The notes under the pieces were generated by a model. It was not told the DNA's origin and did not search any database. It was given only the letters and a program-made list of their open reading frames with translations. From assembly GCF_009914755.1 (NCBI RefSeq), contig NC_060937.1: a DNA stretch of 64,000 nucleotides, one strand, 5' to 3'. The translations under genes were made by a program, and so were the position numbers. Shown here in pieces: positions 46,701 to 63,000 of this stretch; within the stretch, counting starts at the first letter, position 1; the number at the start of each line of letters is the position of its first letter. Source of the stretch: the human T2T-CHM13v2.0 reference genome, Homo sapiens.

Positions 46701-49700
46701 AAGTATGTATTATATACTGTACATAAAATATCAAAGTACCCAAAGTATATATTATATACTGTACATAAAATATAAAATACCCCAAATATATATTATATCC
46801 TGTACATAAAATATCAAAGTACCCAAAATATATATTGTAAATTGTACATAAAATATCAAAGTAGCCAAAATATATATTGTATACTGTACATAAAATATGA
46901 AGGTACATCAAATATATATTATATCCTGTACATAAAATATCAAAGTACCCAAAATATATATTGTAAATTGTACATAAAATATCAAAGTAGCCAAAATATA
47001 TATTGTATACTGTACATAAAATATAAAAGTACCCCAAATATGTATTATATACTGTACATAAAATATCAAAGTACCGATAATACATATTATATACTGTACA
47101 TAAAATATCAAAGGACCCAAAATAAACATTATATACTGTACATAAAATATCCAAATACTCAAAATATATATTACATACTGTACATAAAATATCAAAGTAC
47201 CCAAATTATGTATTATATACTGTACGTAAAATATCAGAGTACCCAAAATATGCATTATATACTGTACATAAAATATGAAAGTAACAAAACATTTATAATA
47301 AACTGTACATAAAATATCAAAGTACTCAAACTATATATCATATACTGTACATAAAATATCAAAGTACCCAAACTGTATATTATTATATACTGTATATAAA
47401 ATATCAAAGTACCTGAAATATATATTGTATACTGTACATAAAATATCAAAGTACCCAAAATATATACTATATACTGTACATAAAATATGAAGGTACATAA
47501 ATATATATTATATCCTGTACATAAAATATCAAAGTACACCTATTATATATTGTGTACTCTACATAATATATTAAGTCGCCCAAATATATATTGTATACTG
47601 TATATAAAATATGAAGGTACTTCAAATATATATTATATGCTGCACATAAAATATCAAAGTACCCAAGGTATGCATTACATACTGTACATAAAATATCAAA
47701 GTACACATATTATATATTATATAATATACATAAAATATGAAGGTTCATCAAATATATATTATATTCTGTACATAATATATCAAAGTACATCAAATATATA
47801 TTATATACTGTACATAAAATATCAAAGTACCAAAAATATGTATTATATACTGTACATAAAATATGAAAGTAACCAAACATTTATAATATACTGTACATAA
47901 AATATCAAAGTACTCAGTCTACATATTACATACAGTATATAAAATATCAAAGTACACACACTGTATATTATATACTGTACATAATATATCAAAGTACCCA
48001 GAATATATAACATACTGTACATAAAATATCAAAGTACCCGAAATATATATGGTATACTGTACATAAAATATGAAGGTACATCAAAGATATATTATATTCT
48101 GTACATAAAATATCAAACTACACCAAATATATATTATATGCTGTACATAATATATTAAAGTTGCCCAAATACACATTCTATACTGTACATAAAATATGAA
48201 CGTACATCAAATATATAGTATATGCTGCACATAAAATATCAAAGTACCCAAAGTATGTATTATACACTGTACATAAAATATCAAAGTACCAAAAGTATAT
48301 ATTACATACTGTAAATAAAATATGAAGGTACCTCAAATATATATTATATTCTGTACATAAAATATCAAAGTCCACCAAGTATATACTATATACTCTGCAT
48401 AAAATATTAAATTACCCAAAATATGTATTGCATTGTGTACATAAAATATGAAAGTAACCAAACATTTATAATAAACTGTACATAAAATATCAAAGTACTC
48501 AAACTGTATATTATATACTGTACATAAAGTATCAAAGTACCCAAACTGTGTAGTATATACTGTACATAAAATATCAAGGTACCCAAAATATATATTGTAA
48601 ACTGTAGATTAAATATCAAAGTACCCAAAATATATATTATATACTGTACATAAAATATGAAGGCACATCCAATATATACTATATTCTGTACATAAAATAT
48701 CAAAGTACACCAAATGTATATTATATACTGTACATAAAATATCAAAGTACCCAAAGTGTATATTATATACTGTACATAAAATATGAAGGTTCATCAAATA
48801 TATTTTATATTCTGCACATAATATATCAAAGTACAGCAAATATATATTATATACTGTACATAAAATATCAAAGTACCCAAAATATGTATTATATACTGTA
48901 CATAAAATATGAAAGTAACCAAACATTTATAATAAACTTTACATAAAGTATCAAAGTACTCAAACTACATATTATATACAGTATATAAAATATCAAAGTA
49001 CCCCAACTGTATATTATATACTGTACATAATATATCAAAGTACCCAAATATATAGCATACTGTACATAAAATATCAAAGTACCCAAAATATATATTATAT
49101 ACTGTACATAAAATATCAAAATACCCAAAATATATATTATATACTGTACATAAATTACCAAAGTACCCAAAGTATATATTATGTAACGTACAAAAAATAT
49201 CAAAGTAGCCAAAATATGTATTATACACTGTACTTAATATATGAAAGTACCCAAACATTTATAATAAACTGTAAATAAAATATCAATGTACTCAAACTAT
49301 ATATTATGTGCGGTACATAAGATATCAAAGTACCCATGCTATATAGTATATACTGTACTTAAAATATCAAAATACCCAAAATATATATTATATACGTTAC
49401 ATAAACTATCAAATACACAAAGTATGTATTATATACTGTACATAAAATAGCAAAGTTCCCAAAATATGTATTATATACTGTACATAAAATATGAAAGTAC
49501 CCAACCATTTATAATAAACTCTACATAAAATACCAAAGTACCCAAACTGTGTATTATATACTGTCCATAAAATATCAAAGGACCCAAAATATATATTGTA
49601 AACTCTACATAAAATATCAAAGTAGCCAAAATACATATTGTATACTGTACATAAAATATAAAAGTACCCCAAATATATATTATATACTGTACATAAAATA

Positions 49701-52700
49701 TCAAAGTACCCATAATACATATTATATACTGTACATAAAATATCAAAGGACCCAAAATAAACATTATATACTGTACATAAAATATCCAAATACTCAAAAT
49801 ATATATTACATACTGTACATAAAATATCAAAGTACCCAAATTATGTATTATATACTGTATATAAAATATCAGAGTACCCAAAATATGCATTATATACTGT
49901 ACATAAAATATGAAGGTACATCAAATATATAGTATATGCTGCACATAAAATATCAAAGTACCCAAAGTATGTATTATATACTGTACATAAAATATCAAAG
50001 TACCAAAAGTATATATTACCTACTGTAAATAAAATATGAAGATACCTCAAATATATATTATATTCTGTACATAAAATATCAAAGTGCACCAAGTATATAC
50101 TATATACTCTACATAAAATATTAAATTACCCAAAATATGTATTGTATTGTGTACATAAATTATGAAAGTAACCAAACATTTATAATAAACTGTACATAAA
50201 ATATCAAAGTACTCAAACTTTATATTATATACTGTACATAAAGTATCAAAGTACCCAAACTGTGTAGTATATACTGTACATGAAATATCAAGGTACCCAA
50301 AATGTATATTGTAAACTGTAGATAAAATATCAAAGTACCCAAAATATATATTATATACTGTACATAAAATATGAAGGCACATCCAATATATATTATATTC
50401 TGTACATAAAATATCAAAGTACACCAAATGTATATTATATACTGTACATAAAATATAAAACTACCCCAAATATATCTTATATACTCTACATAAAATATCA
50501 AAGTACCCAAAATATATATTATATACTGTACATAAAATATCAAAGTACCCATAGTATGTATTATATCCTGTACATAAAATATGAAGGTACATCAAATATA
50601 TATTCTATTCTGCACATAAAATATCATATTGCACCAAATATATATTGTATACTGTATATAAAATATGAAGGTACTTCAAATATATATTATATGCTGCACA
50701 TAAAATATCAAAGTACCCAAAGTATGCATTATATACTGTACATAAAATATCAAAGTACCCAAAGTGTATATTATATACTGTACATAAATTATGAAGGTTC
50801 ATCAAATATATTTTATATTCTGCACATAATATATCAAAGTACAGCAAATATATATTATATATTGTACATAAAATAACAAAGTACCAAAAATATGTATTAT
50901 ATACTGTACATAAAATATGAAAGTAACCAAATATTTATAATAAACTGTATATAAAATATCAAAGTACTCAAACTACATATTATATACAGTATATAAAATA
51001 TCAAAGTACCCAAACTATATATTATATACTGTACATACTATATCAAAGTACCCAAATATATAGCATACTGTCCATAAAATATCAAAGTACCCAATATATA
51101 TATTGTATACTGTACATAAAATATGAAGGTACATCAAAGATATATTATATCCTGTACATAAAATATCAAAGTACACCAAATATATATTATATGCTGTACA
51201 TAATATATTAAAGTCGACCAAATATATATTATATACTGTACATAAAATATGAAGGTACCTCAACTATATATTATATGCTGCACATAAATTATCAAAGTAC
51301 CCAAAGTATGTATTATATACTGTACATAAAATATCAAAGTACCCAAAGTATATATTATATACTGTACATAAAATATAAAATACCCCAAATATATATTATA
51401 TGCTGTACATAAAATATCAAAGTACACAAAATATGTATTATGTACTGTACATACAATATAAAGGACCCAAAATATATACTATATACTGTACATAAAATAT
51501 CAAAATACCCAAAATATATATTATATACTGTACATAAAATACCAAAGTACCCAAAGTATATATTATATACCGTACAAAAAATATCAAAGTAGCCAAAATA
51601 TGTATTATACACTGTACATAATATATGAAAGTACCCAAACATTTATAATAAACTGTACATAAAATATCAATGTACTCAAACTATGTATTATGTGCGGTAC
51701 ATAACATATCAAAGTATCCATACTATATAGTATGTACTGCACTTAAAATATCAAAATACCCAAAATATATATTATATACGTTACATAAACTATCAAATAC
51801 ACAAAGTATGTATTATATACTGTACATAAAATAGCAAAGTTCCCAAAATATGTATTATATACTGTACATAAAATATGAAAGTACCCAACCATTTATAATA
51901 AACTCTACATAAAATACCAAAGTACCCAAACTGTGTATTATATACTGTCCATAAAATATCAAAGTACCCAAAATATATATTGTAAACTCTACATAAAATA
52001 TCAAAGTAGCCAAAATACATATTTTATACTGTACATAAAATATGAAAGTACCCCAAATATGTATTATATACTGTACATAAAATATCAAAGTACCCATAAT
52101 ACATATTATATACTGTACATAAAATATCAAAGGACCCAAAATAAACATTATATACTGTACATAAAATATCCAAATACTCAAAATATATATTACGTACTGT
52201 ACATAAAATATCAAAGTACCCAAATTATGTATTATATACTGTACGTAAAATATCAGAGTACCCAAAATATGCATTATATACTGTACATAAAATATGAAAG
52301 TAACAATACATTTATAATAAACTGTACAAAAAATATCAAAGTACTCAAACTATATATCATATACTGTACATAAAATATCAAAGTACCCAAACTGTGTATT
52401 ATTATATACTGTATATAAAATATCAAATACCTGAAATATATATTGTATACTGTACATAAAATATCAAAGTACCCAAAATATATACTATATACTGTACATA
52501 AAATATGAAGGTACATCAAATATATATTATATCCTGTACATAAAATATCAAAGTACACCTATTATATATTGTGTACTGTACATAATATATTAAATCGCCC
52601 AAATATATATTGTATACTGTATATAAAATATGAAGGTACTTCAAATATATATTATATGCTGCACATAAAATATCAAAGTACCCAAAGTATGCATTACATA

Positions 52701-55700
52701 CTGTACATAAAATATCAAAGTACACATATTATATATTATATAATGTACATAAAATATGAAGGTTCATCAAATATATATTATATTCTGTACATAATATATC
52801 AAAGTACATAAAATATATATTATATACGGTACATAAAATATCAAAGTACCAAAAATATGTATTATATACTGTACATAAAACATGAAAGTAACCAAACATT
52901 TATAATAAACTGTACATTAAATATCAAAGTACTCAATGTACATAATATATACAGTATATAAAATATCAAAGTACACAAACTGTATATTATATACTGTACA
53001 TAATATATCAAAGTACCCAGAATATATAGCATACTGTACATAAAATATCAAAGTACCCAAAATATATATTGTATACTGTACTTAAAATATGAAGGTACAT
53101 CAAAGATATATTATATTCTGTACATAAAATATCAAAGTACACCAAATATATATTATATGCTGTACATAGTATATTAAAGTTGCCCGTATATACATTATAT
53201 ACTGTACATAAAATATGAACGTACATCAAATATATAGTATATGCTGCACATAAAATATCAAAGTACCCAAAGTATGTATTATACACTGTACATAAAATAT
53301 CAAAGTACCAAAAGTATATATTACATACTGTAAATAAAATATGAAGGTACCTCAAATATATATTATATTCTGTACATAAAATATCAAAGTACACCAAGTA
53401 TATACTATATACTCTGCATAAAATATTAAATTACCCAAAATATGTATTGTATTGTGTACATAAAATATGAAAGTAACCAAACATTTATAATAAACTGTAC
53501 ATAAAATATCAAAGTACTCAAACTGTATATTATATACTGTACATAAAGTATCAAAGTACCCAAACTGTGTAGTATATACTGTACATAAAATATCAAGGTA
53601 CCCAAAATATATATTGTAAACTGTAGATAAAATATCAAAGTACCCAAAATATATATTATATACTGTACATAAAATGTGAAGGCACATCCAATATATATTA
53701 TATTCTGTACATAAAATATCAAAGTACACCAAATGTATATTATATACTGTACATAAAATATCAAAGTACCCAAAGTGTATATTATATACTGTACATAAAA
53801 TATGAAGGTTCATCAAATATGTTTTATATTCTGCACATAATATATCAAAGTACAGCAAATATATATTATATACTGTACATAAAATATCAAAGTACCCAAA
53901 ATATGTATTATATACTGTACATAAAATATGAAAGTAACCAAACATTTATAATAAACTGTACATAAAGTATCAAAGTACTCAAACTACATATTATATACAG
54001 TATATAAAATGTCAAAGTACCCAAACTGTATATTATATACTGTACATAATATATCAAAGTACCCGAATATATAGCATACTGTACATAAAATATCAAAGTA
54101 CCCAAAGTGTGTTTTATACACTGCACATAAAATATGAAGGTACATAAAATATATATTGTATTCTGTACATAAAATATCAAAGTACTCCAAATATATATTA
54201 TATGCTGTACATAATATATTAAAGTCGCCCAAATATATATTATATACTGTGCATAAAATATGAAGGTACATCAAATATATATTATATGCTGCACATAAAA
54301 TATCAAAGTACCCAAAGTATGTGTTATATACTGTACATAAAATATCAAAGTACCCAAAGTATATATTATATACTGTACATAAAATATAAAATACCCCAAA
54401 TATATATTATATGCTGTACATAAAATATCAAAGTACACAAAATATGTATTATATACTGTACATAAAATACCAAAGGACCCAAAATATATATTATATACTG
54501 TACATAAAATATCAAAATTCCCAAAATATATATTATATACTGTACATAAAATACCAAAGTACCCAAAGTATATATTATATACCGTACAAAAAATATCAAA
54601 GTAGCCAAAATATGTATTATACACTGTACATAATATATGAAAGTACCCAAACATTTATAATAAACTGTACATAAAATATCAATGTACTCAAACTATATAT
54701 TATGTGCGGTACATAAGATATCAAAGTACCCATACTATATAGTATATACTGTACTTAAAATATCAAAATACCCAAAATATATATTATATACGTTACATAA
54801 ACTATCAAGTACACAAAGTATGTATTATATACTGTACATAAAATAGCAAAGTTCCCAAAATATGTATTATATATATTATAAATATGTACATAAAATATGA
54901 AAGTATCCAACCATTTATAATAAACTCTACATAAAACACCAAAGTACCCAAACTGTGTATTATATACTGTCCATAAAATATCAAAGTACCCAAAATATAT
55001 ATTGTAAACTGTACATAAAATATCAAAGTAGCCAAAATACATATTGTATACTGTACATAAAATATAAAAGTACCCCAAATATATATTATATACTGTACAT
55101 AAAATATCAAAGTACCCATAATACATATTATATACTGTACATAAAATATCAAAGGACCCAAAATAAACATTATATACTGTACATAAAATATCCAAATACT
55201 CAAAATATATATTACATACTGTACATAAAATATCAAAGTACCCAAATTATGTATTATATACTGTACGTAAAATATCAGAGTACCCAAAATATGCGTTATA
55301 TACTGTACATAAAATATGAAAGTAACAAAACATTTATAATAAACTGTACATAAAATATCAAAGTACTCAAACTATATATCATATACTGTACATAAAATAT
55401 CAAAGTACCCAAAATATATATTGTATACTGTACATAAAATATGAAGGTACATCAAAGATATATTATATTCTGTACATAAAATATCAAACTACACCAAATA
55501 TATATTATATGCTGTACATAATATATTAAAGTTGCCCATATATACATTCTATACTGTACATAAAATATGAACGTACATCAAATATATAGTATATGCTGCA
55601 CATAAAATATCAAAGTACCCAAAGTATGTATTATACACTGTACATAAAATATCAAAGTACCAAAAGTATATATTACATACTGTAAATAAAATATGAAGGT

Positions 55701-57051
55701 ACCTCAAATATATATTATATTCTATACATAAAATATCAAAGTACACCAAGTATATACTATATACTCTGCATAAAATATTAAATTACCCAAAATATGTATT
55801 GCATTGTGTACATAAAATATGAAAGTAACCAAACGTTTATAATAAACTGTACATAAAATATCAAAGTACTCAAACTGTATATTATATACTGTACATAAAG
55901 TATCAAAGTACCCAAACTGTGTAGTATATATTGTACATAAAATATCAAGGTACCCAAAATATATATTGTAAACTGTAGATAAAATATCAAAGTACCCAAA
56001 ATATATATTATATACTGTACATGAAATATGAAGGCACATCCAATATATATTATACTCTGTACATAAAATATCAAAGAACACCAAATGTATATTATATACT
56101 GTACATAAAATATGAAAGTACCCAAAGTGTATATTATATACTGTACATAAACTATGAAGGTTCATCAAATATATTTTATATTCTGCACATAATATATCAA
56201 AGTACAGCAAATATATATTATATACTGTACATAAAATATCAAAGTACCCAAAATATGTATTATATACTGTACATAAAATATGAAAGTAAGCAAACATTTA
56301 TAATAAACTGTACATAAAGTATCAAAGTACTCAAACTACATATTATATACAGTATATAAAATATCAAAGTACCCACTGTATATTATATACTGTACATAAT
56401 ATATCAAAGTACCCGAATATATAGCATACTCCACATAAAATATCAAAGTACCCAAAGTTTGTATTATACACTGCACATAAAATATGGAGGTACATCAAAG
56501 ATATATTATATTCTGTACATAAAATATCAAAGTACACCAAATATATATTATATGCTGTACATAATATATTAAAGTCGACCAAATATATATTATATACTGT
56601 ACATAAAATATGAAGGTACATCAAATATATATTATATGCTGCACATAAAATATCAAAGTACCCAAAGTATGTGTTATATACTGTACATAAAATATCAAAG
56701 TACCCAAAGTATATATTATATACTGTACATAAAATATAAAATACCCCAAATATATATTATATGCTCTACATAAAATATCAAAGTACACAAAATATGTATT
56801 ATATACTGTACATAAAATACCAAAGGACCCAAAATATATATTATATACTGTACATAAAATATCAAAATACCCAAAATATATATTATATACTGTACATAAA
56901 ATACCAAAGTACCCAAAGTATATATTATATACCGTACAAAAAATATCAAAGTAGCCAAAATATGTATTATACACTGTACATAATATATGAAAGTACCCAA
57001 ATATTTATAATAAACTGTACATAAAATATCAATGTACTCAAACTATATATT

Positions 57052-60000
57052 ATGTGCGGTACATAAGATATCAAAGTACCCATACTATATAGTATATACT
57101 GTACTTAAAATATCAAAATACCCAAAATATATATTATATACGTTACATAAACTATCACATACACAAAGTATGTATTATATACTGTACATAAAATAGCAAA
57201 GTTCCCAAAATATGTATTATATACTGTACATAAAATATGAAAGTACCCAACCATTCATAATAAAGTCTACATAAAATACCAAAGTACCCAAACTGTGTAT
57301 TATATACTGTCCATAAAATATCAAAGGACCCAAAATATATATTGTAAACTCTACATAAAATATCAAAGTAGCCAAAATACATATTGTATACTGTACATAA
57401 AATATAAAAGTACCCGAAATATATATTATATACTGTACATAAAATATCAAAGTACCCATAATACATATTATATACTGTACATAAAATATCAAAGGACCCA
57501 AAATAAACATTATATACTGTACATAAAATATCCAAATACTCAAAATATATATTACATACTGTACATAAAATATCAAAGTACCCAAATTATGTATTATATA
57601 CTGTACGTAAAATATCAGAGTACCCAAAATATGCATTATATACTGTACATAAAAAATGAAAGTAACAAAACATTTATAATAAACTGTACATAAAATATCA
57701 AAGTACTCAAACTATATATCATATACTGTACATAAAATATCAAAGTACCCAAACTGTGTATTATTATATACTGTATATAAAATATCAAAGTACCTGAAAT
57801 ATATATTGTATACTGTACATAAAATATCAAAGTACCCAAAATATATACTATATACTGTACATAAAATATGAAGGTACATCAAATATATATTATATCCTGT
57901 GCATAAAATATCAAAGTACACCTATTATATATTGTGTACTGTACATAATATATTAAATCGCCCAAATATATATCGTATACTGTATATAAAATATGAAGGT
58001 ACTTCAAATATATATTGTATGCTGCACATAAAATATCAAACTACCCAAAGAATGCATTACATACTGTACATAAAATATCAAGGTACACAAATTATATATT
58101 ATATACTGTACATAAAATATGTAGGTTCATCAAATATATTTTATATTCTGTACATAATATATCAAAGTACATCAAATATATATTATATACTGTACATAAA
58201 ATATCAAAGTACCCAAAATATGTATTATATACTGTACATAAAACATGAAAGTAACCAAACATTTATAATAAACTGTACATAAAATATCAAAGTACTCAAT
58301 CTACATATTATATACAGTATATAAAATATCAAGGTACACAAACTGTATAATATATACTGCACATAATATATCAAAGTACCCAGAATATATAGCATACTGT
58401 ACATAAAATATCAAAGTACCCAAAATATATTGTATACTGTACATAAAATATGAAGGTACATCAAAGATATATTATATTCTGTACATAAAATATCAAACTA
58501 CACCAAATATGTATTGTATGCTGTACATAATATATTAAAGTTGCCCATATATACATTATATACTGTACATAAAATATGAACGTACATCAAATATATAGTA
58601 TATGCTGCACATAAAATATCAAAGTACCCAAAGTATGTATTATACACTGTACATAAAATATCAAAGTACCAAAAGTATATATTACATACTGTAAATAAAA
58701 TATGAAGGTACCTCAAATATATATTATATTCTGTACATAAAATATCAAAGTACACCAAGTATATACTATATACTCTGCATAAAATATTAAATTACCCAAA
58801 ATATGTATTGTATTGTGTACATAAAATATGAAAGTATCCAAACATTTATAATAAACTGTACATAAAATATCAAAGTACTCAAACTGTATATTATATACTG
58901 TACATAAAGTATCAAAGTACCCAAACTGTGTAGTATATACTGTACATAAAATATCAAGGTACCCAAAATATATATTGTAAACTGTAGATAAAATATCAAA
59001 GTACCCAAAATATATATTATATACTGTACATAAAATATGAAGGCACATCCAATATATATTATATTCTGTACATAAAATATCAAAGTACACCAAATGTATA
59101 TAATATACTGTACATAAAATATCAAAGTACCCAAATTGTATATTATATACTGTACATAAAATATGAAGGTTCATCAAATATATTTTATATTCTGCACATC
59201 ATATATCAAAGTACAGCAAATATATATTATATACTGTACATAAAATATCAAAGTACCCAAAATATGTATTATATACTGTACATAAAATATGAAAGTAACC
59301 AAACATTTATAATACACTGTACATAAAGTATCAAAGTACTCAAACTACATATTATATACAGTATATAAAATATCAAAGTACCCAAACTGTATATTATATA
59401 CTGTACATAATATATCAAAGTACCCGAATATATAGCATACTCTACATAAAATATCAAAGTACCCAAAGTTTGTATTATACACTGCACATAAAATATGAAG
59501 GTACATCAAAGATATATTATATTCTGTACATAAAATATCAAAGTACACCAAATATATATTATATGCTGTACATAATATATTAAAGTCGACCAAATATATA
59601 TTATATACTGTACATAAAATATGAAGGTACATCAAATATATATTATATGCTGCACATAAAATATCAAAGTACCCAAAGTATGTGTTATATACTGTACATA
59701 AAATATCAAAGTACCCAAAGTATATATTATATACTGTACATAAAATATAAAATACCCCAAATATATATTATATGCTCTACATAAAATATCAAAGTACACA
59801 AAATATGTATTATATACTGTACATAAAATACCAAAGGACCCAAAATATATATTATATACTGTACATAAAATATCAAAATACCCAAAATATATATTATATA
59901 CTGTACATAAAATACCAAAGTACCCAAAGTATATGTTATATACCGTACAAAATATATCAAAGTAGCCAAATATGTATTATACACTGTACATAATATATGA

Positions 60001-63000
60001 AAGTACCCAAACATTTATAATAAACTGTACATAAAATATCAATGTACTCAAACTATATATTATGTGCGGTACATAAGATATCAAAGTACCCATACTATAC
60101 AGTATATACTGTACTTAAAATATCAAAATACCCAAAATATATATTATATACGTTACATAAACTTTCAAATACACAAAGTATGTATTATATACTGTACATA
60201 AAATAGCAAAGTTCCCAAAATATGTATTATATACTGTACATAAAATATGAAAGTACCCAACCATTTATAATAAAGTCTACATAAAATACCAAAGTACCCA
60301 AACTGTGTATTATATACTGTCCATAAAATATCAAAGTACCCAAAATATATATTGTAAACTCTACATAAAATATCAAAGTAGCCAAAATACATATTGTATA
60401 CTGTACATAAAATATAAAAGTACCCCAAATATATATTATATACTGTACATAAAATATCAAAGTACCCATAATACATATTATATACTGTACATAAAATATC
60501 AAAGGACCCAAAATAAACATTATATACTGTACATAAAATATCCAAATACTCAAAATATATATTACATACTGTACATAAAATATCAAAGTACCCAAATTAT
60601 GTATTATATACTGTACGTAAAATATCAGAGTACCCAAAATATGCATTATATTCTGTACATAAAATATGAAAGTAACAAAACATTTATAATAAACTGTACA
60701 TAAAATATCAAAGTACTCAAACTATATATCATATACTGTACATAAAATATCAAAGTACCCAAACTGTGTATTATTATATACTGTATATAAAATATAAAAG
60801 TACCTGAAATATATACTGTATACTGTACATAAAATATCAAAGTACCCAAAATATATACTATATACTGTACATAAAATATGAAGGTACATCAAATATATAT
60901 TATATCCTGTACATAAAATATCAAAGTACACCTATTATATATTGTGTACTGTACATAATATATTAAATCACCCAAATATATATTGTATACTGTATATAAA
61001 ATATGAAGGTACTTCAAATATATATTATATGCTGCACATAAAATATCAAAGTACCCAAAGTATGCATTACATACTGTACATAAAATATCAAAGTACACAT
61101 ATTATCTATTATATAATGTACATAAAATATGAAGGTTCATCAAATATATATTATATTCTGTACATAATATATCAAAGTACATCAAATATATATTATATAC
61201 TGTACATAAAATATCAAAGTACCAAAAATATGTATTATATACTGTACATAAAACATGAAAGTAACCAAACATTTATAATAAACTGTACATAAAATATCAA
61301 AGTACTCAATCTACATATTATATACAGTATATAAAATATCAAAGTACACAAACTGTATATTATATACTGTACATAATATATCAAAGTACCCAGAATATAT
61401 AGCATACTGTACATAAAATATCAAAGTACCCAAAATATATATTGTATACTGTACATAAAATATGAAGGTACATCAAAGATATATTATATTCTGTACATAA
61501 AATATCAAACTACACCAAATATATATTATATGCTGTACATAATATATTTAAGTTGCCCATATATACATTATATACTGTACATAAAATATGAACGTACATC
61601 AAATATATAGTATATGCTGCACATAAAATATCAAAGTACCCAAAGTATGTATTATACACTGTACATAAAATATCAAAGTACCAAAAATATATATTACATA
61701 CTGTAAATAAAATATGAAGGTACCTCAAATATATATTATATTCTGTACATAAAATATCAAAGTACACCAAGTATATACTATATACTCTGCATAAAATATT
61801 AAATTACCCAAAATATGTATTGCATTGTGTACATAAAATATGAAAGTAACCAAACATTTATAATAAACTGTACATAAAATATCAAAGTACTCAAACTGTA
61901 TATTATATACTGTACATAAAGTATCAAAGTACCCAAACTGTGTAGTATATACTGTACATAAAATATCAAGGTACCCAAAATATATATTGTAAACTGTAGA
62001 TAAAATATCAAAGTACCCAAAATATATATTATATACTGTACATAAAATATGAAGGCACATCCAATATATATTATATTCTGTACATAAAATATCAAAGTAC
62101 AGCAAATATATATTATATACTGTACATAAAATATCAAAGTACCCAAAGTGTATATTATATACTGTACATAAACTATGAAGGTTCATCAAATATATTTTAT
62201 ATTCTGCACATAATATATCAAAGTACAGCAAATATATATTATATACTGTACATAAAATATCAAAGTACCCAAAATATGTATTATATACTGTACATAAAAT
62301 ATGAAAGTAACCAAACATTTATAATAAACTGTACATAAAGTATCAAAGTACTCAAACTACATATTATATACAGTATATAAAATGTCAAAGTACCCAAACT
62401 GTATATTATATACTGTACATAATATATCAAAGTACCCGAATATATAGCATACTGTACATAAAATATCAAAGTACCCAAAGTGTGTATTATACACTGCACA
62501 TAAAATATGAAGGTACATAAAATATATATTGTATTCTGTACATAAAATATCAAAGTACTCCAAATATATATTATATGCTGTACATAATATATTAAGGTCG
62601 CCCAAATATATATTATATACTGTACATAAAATATGAAGGTACATCAAATATATATTATATGCTGCACATAAAATATCAAAGTACCCAAAGTATGTGTTAT
62701 ATACTGTACATAAAATATCAAAGTACCCAAAGTATATATTATATACTGTACATAAAATATAAAATACCCCAAATATATATTATATGCTGTACATAAAATA
62801 TCAAAGTACACAAAATATGTATTATATACTGTACATAAAATACAAAAGGACCCAAAATATATATTATATACTGTACATAAAATATCAAAATACCCAAAAT
62901 ATATATTATATACTGTACATAAAATACCAAAGTACCCAAAGTATATATTATATACCGTACAAAAAATATCAAAGTAGCCAAAATATGTATTATACACTGT

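Larger units (their letters stand above)
19130..55661 (+). repeat. Near-identical tandem duplication, unit 18,254 bp (about 19130-37407 and 37384-55661)
   Basis: All HOR markers and ORFs recur at exactly +18254 (19501/37755, 22514/40768, 25527/43781, 31052/49306, 33436/51690, 36448/54702). Confidence 0.92.
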
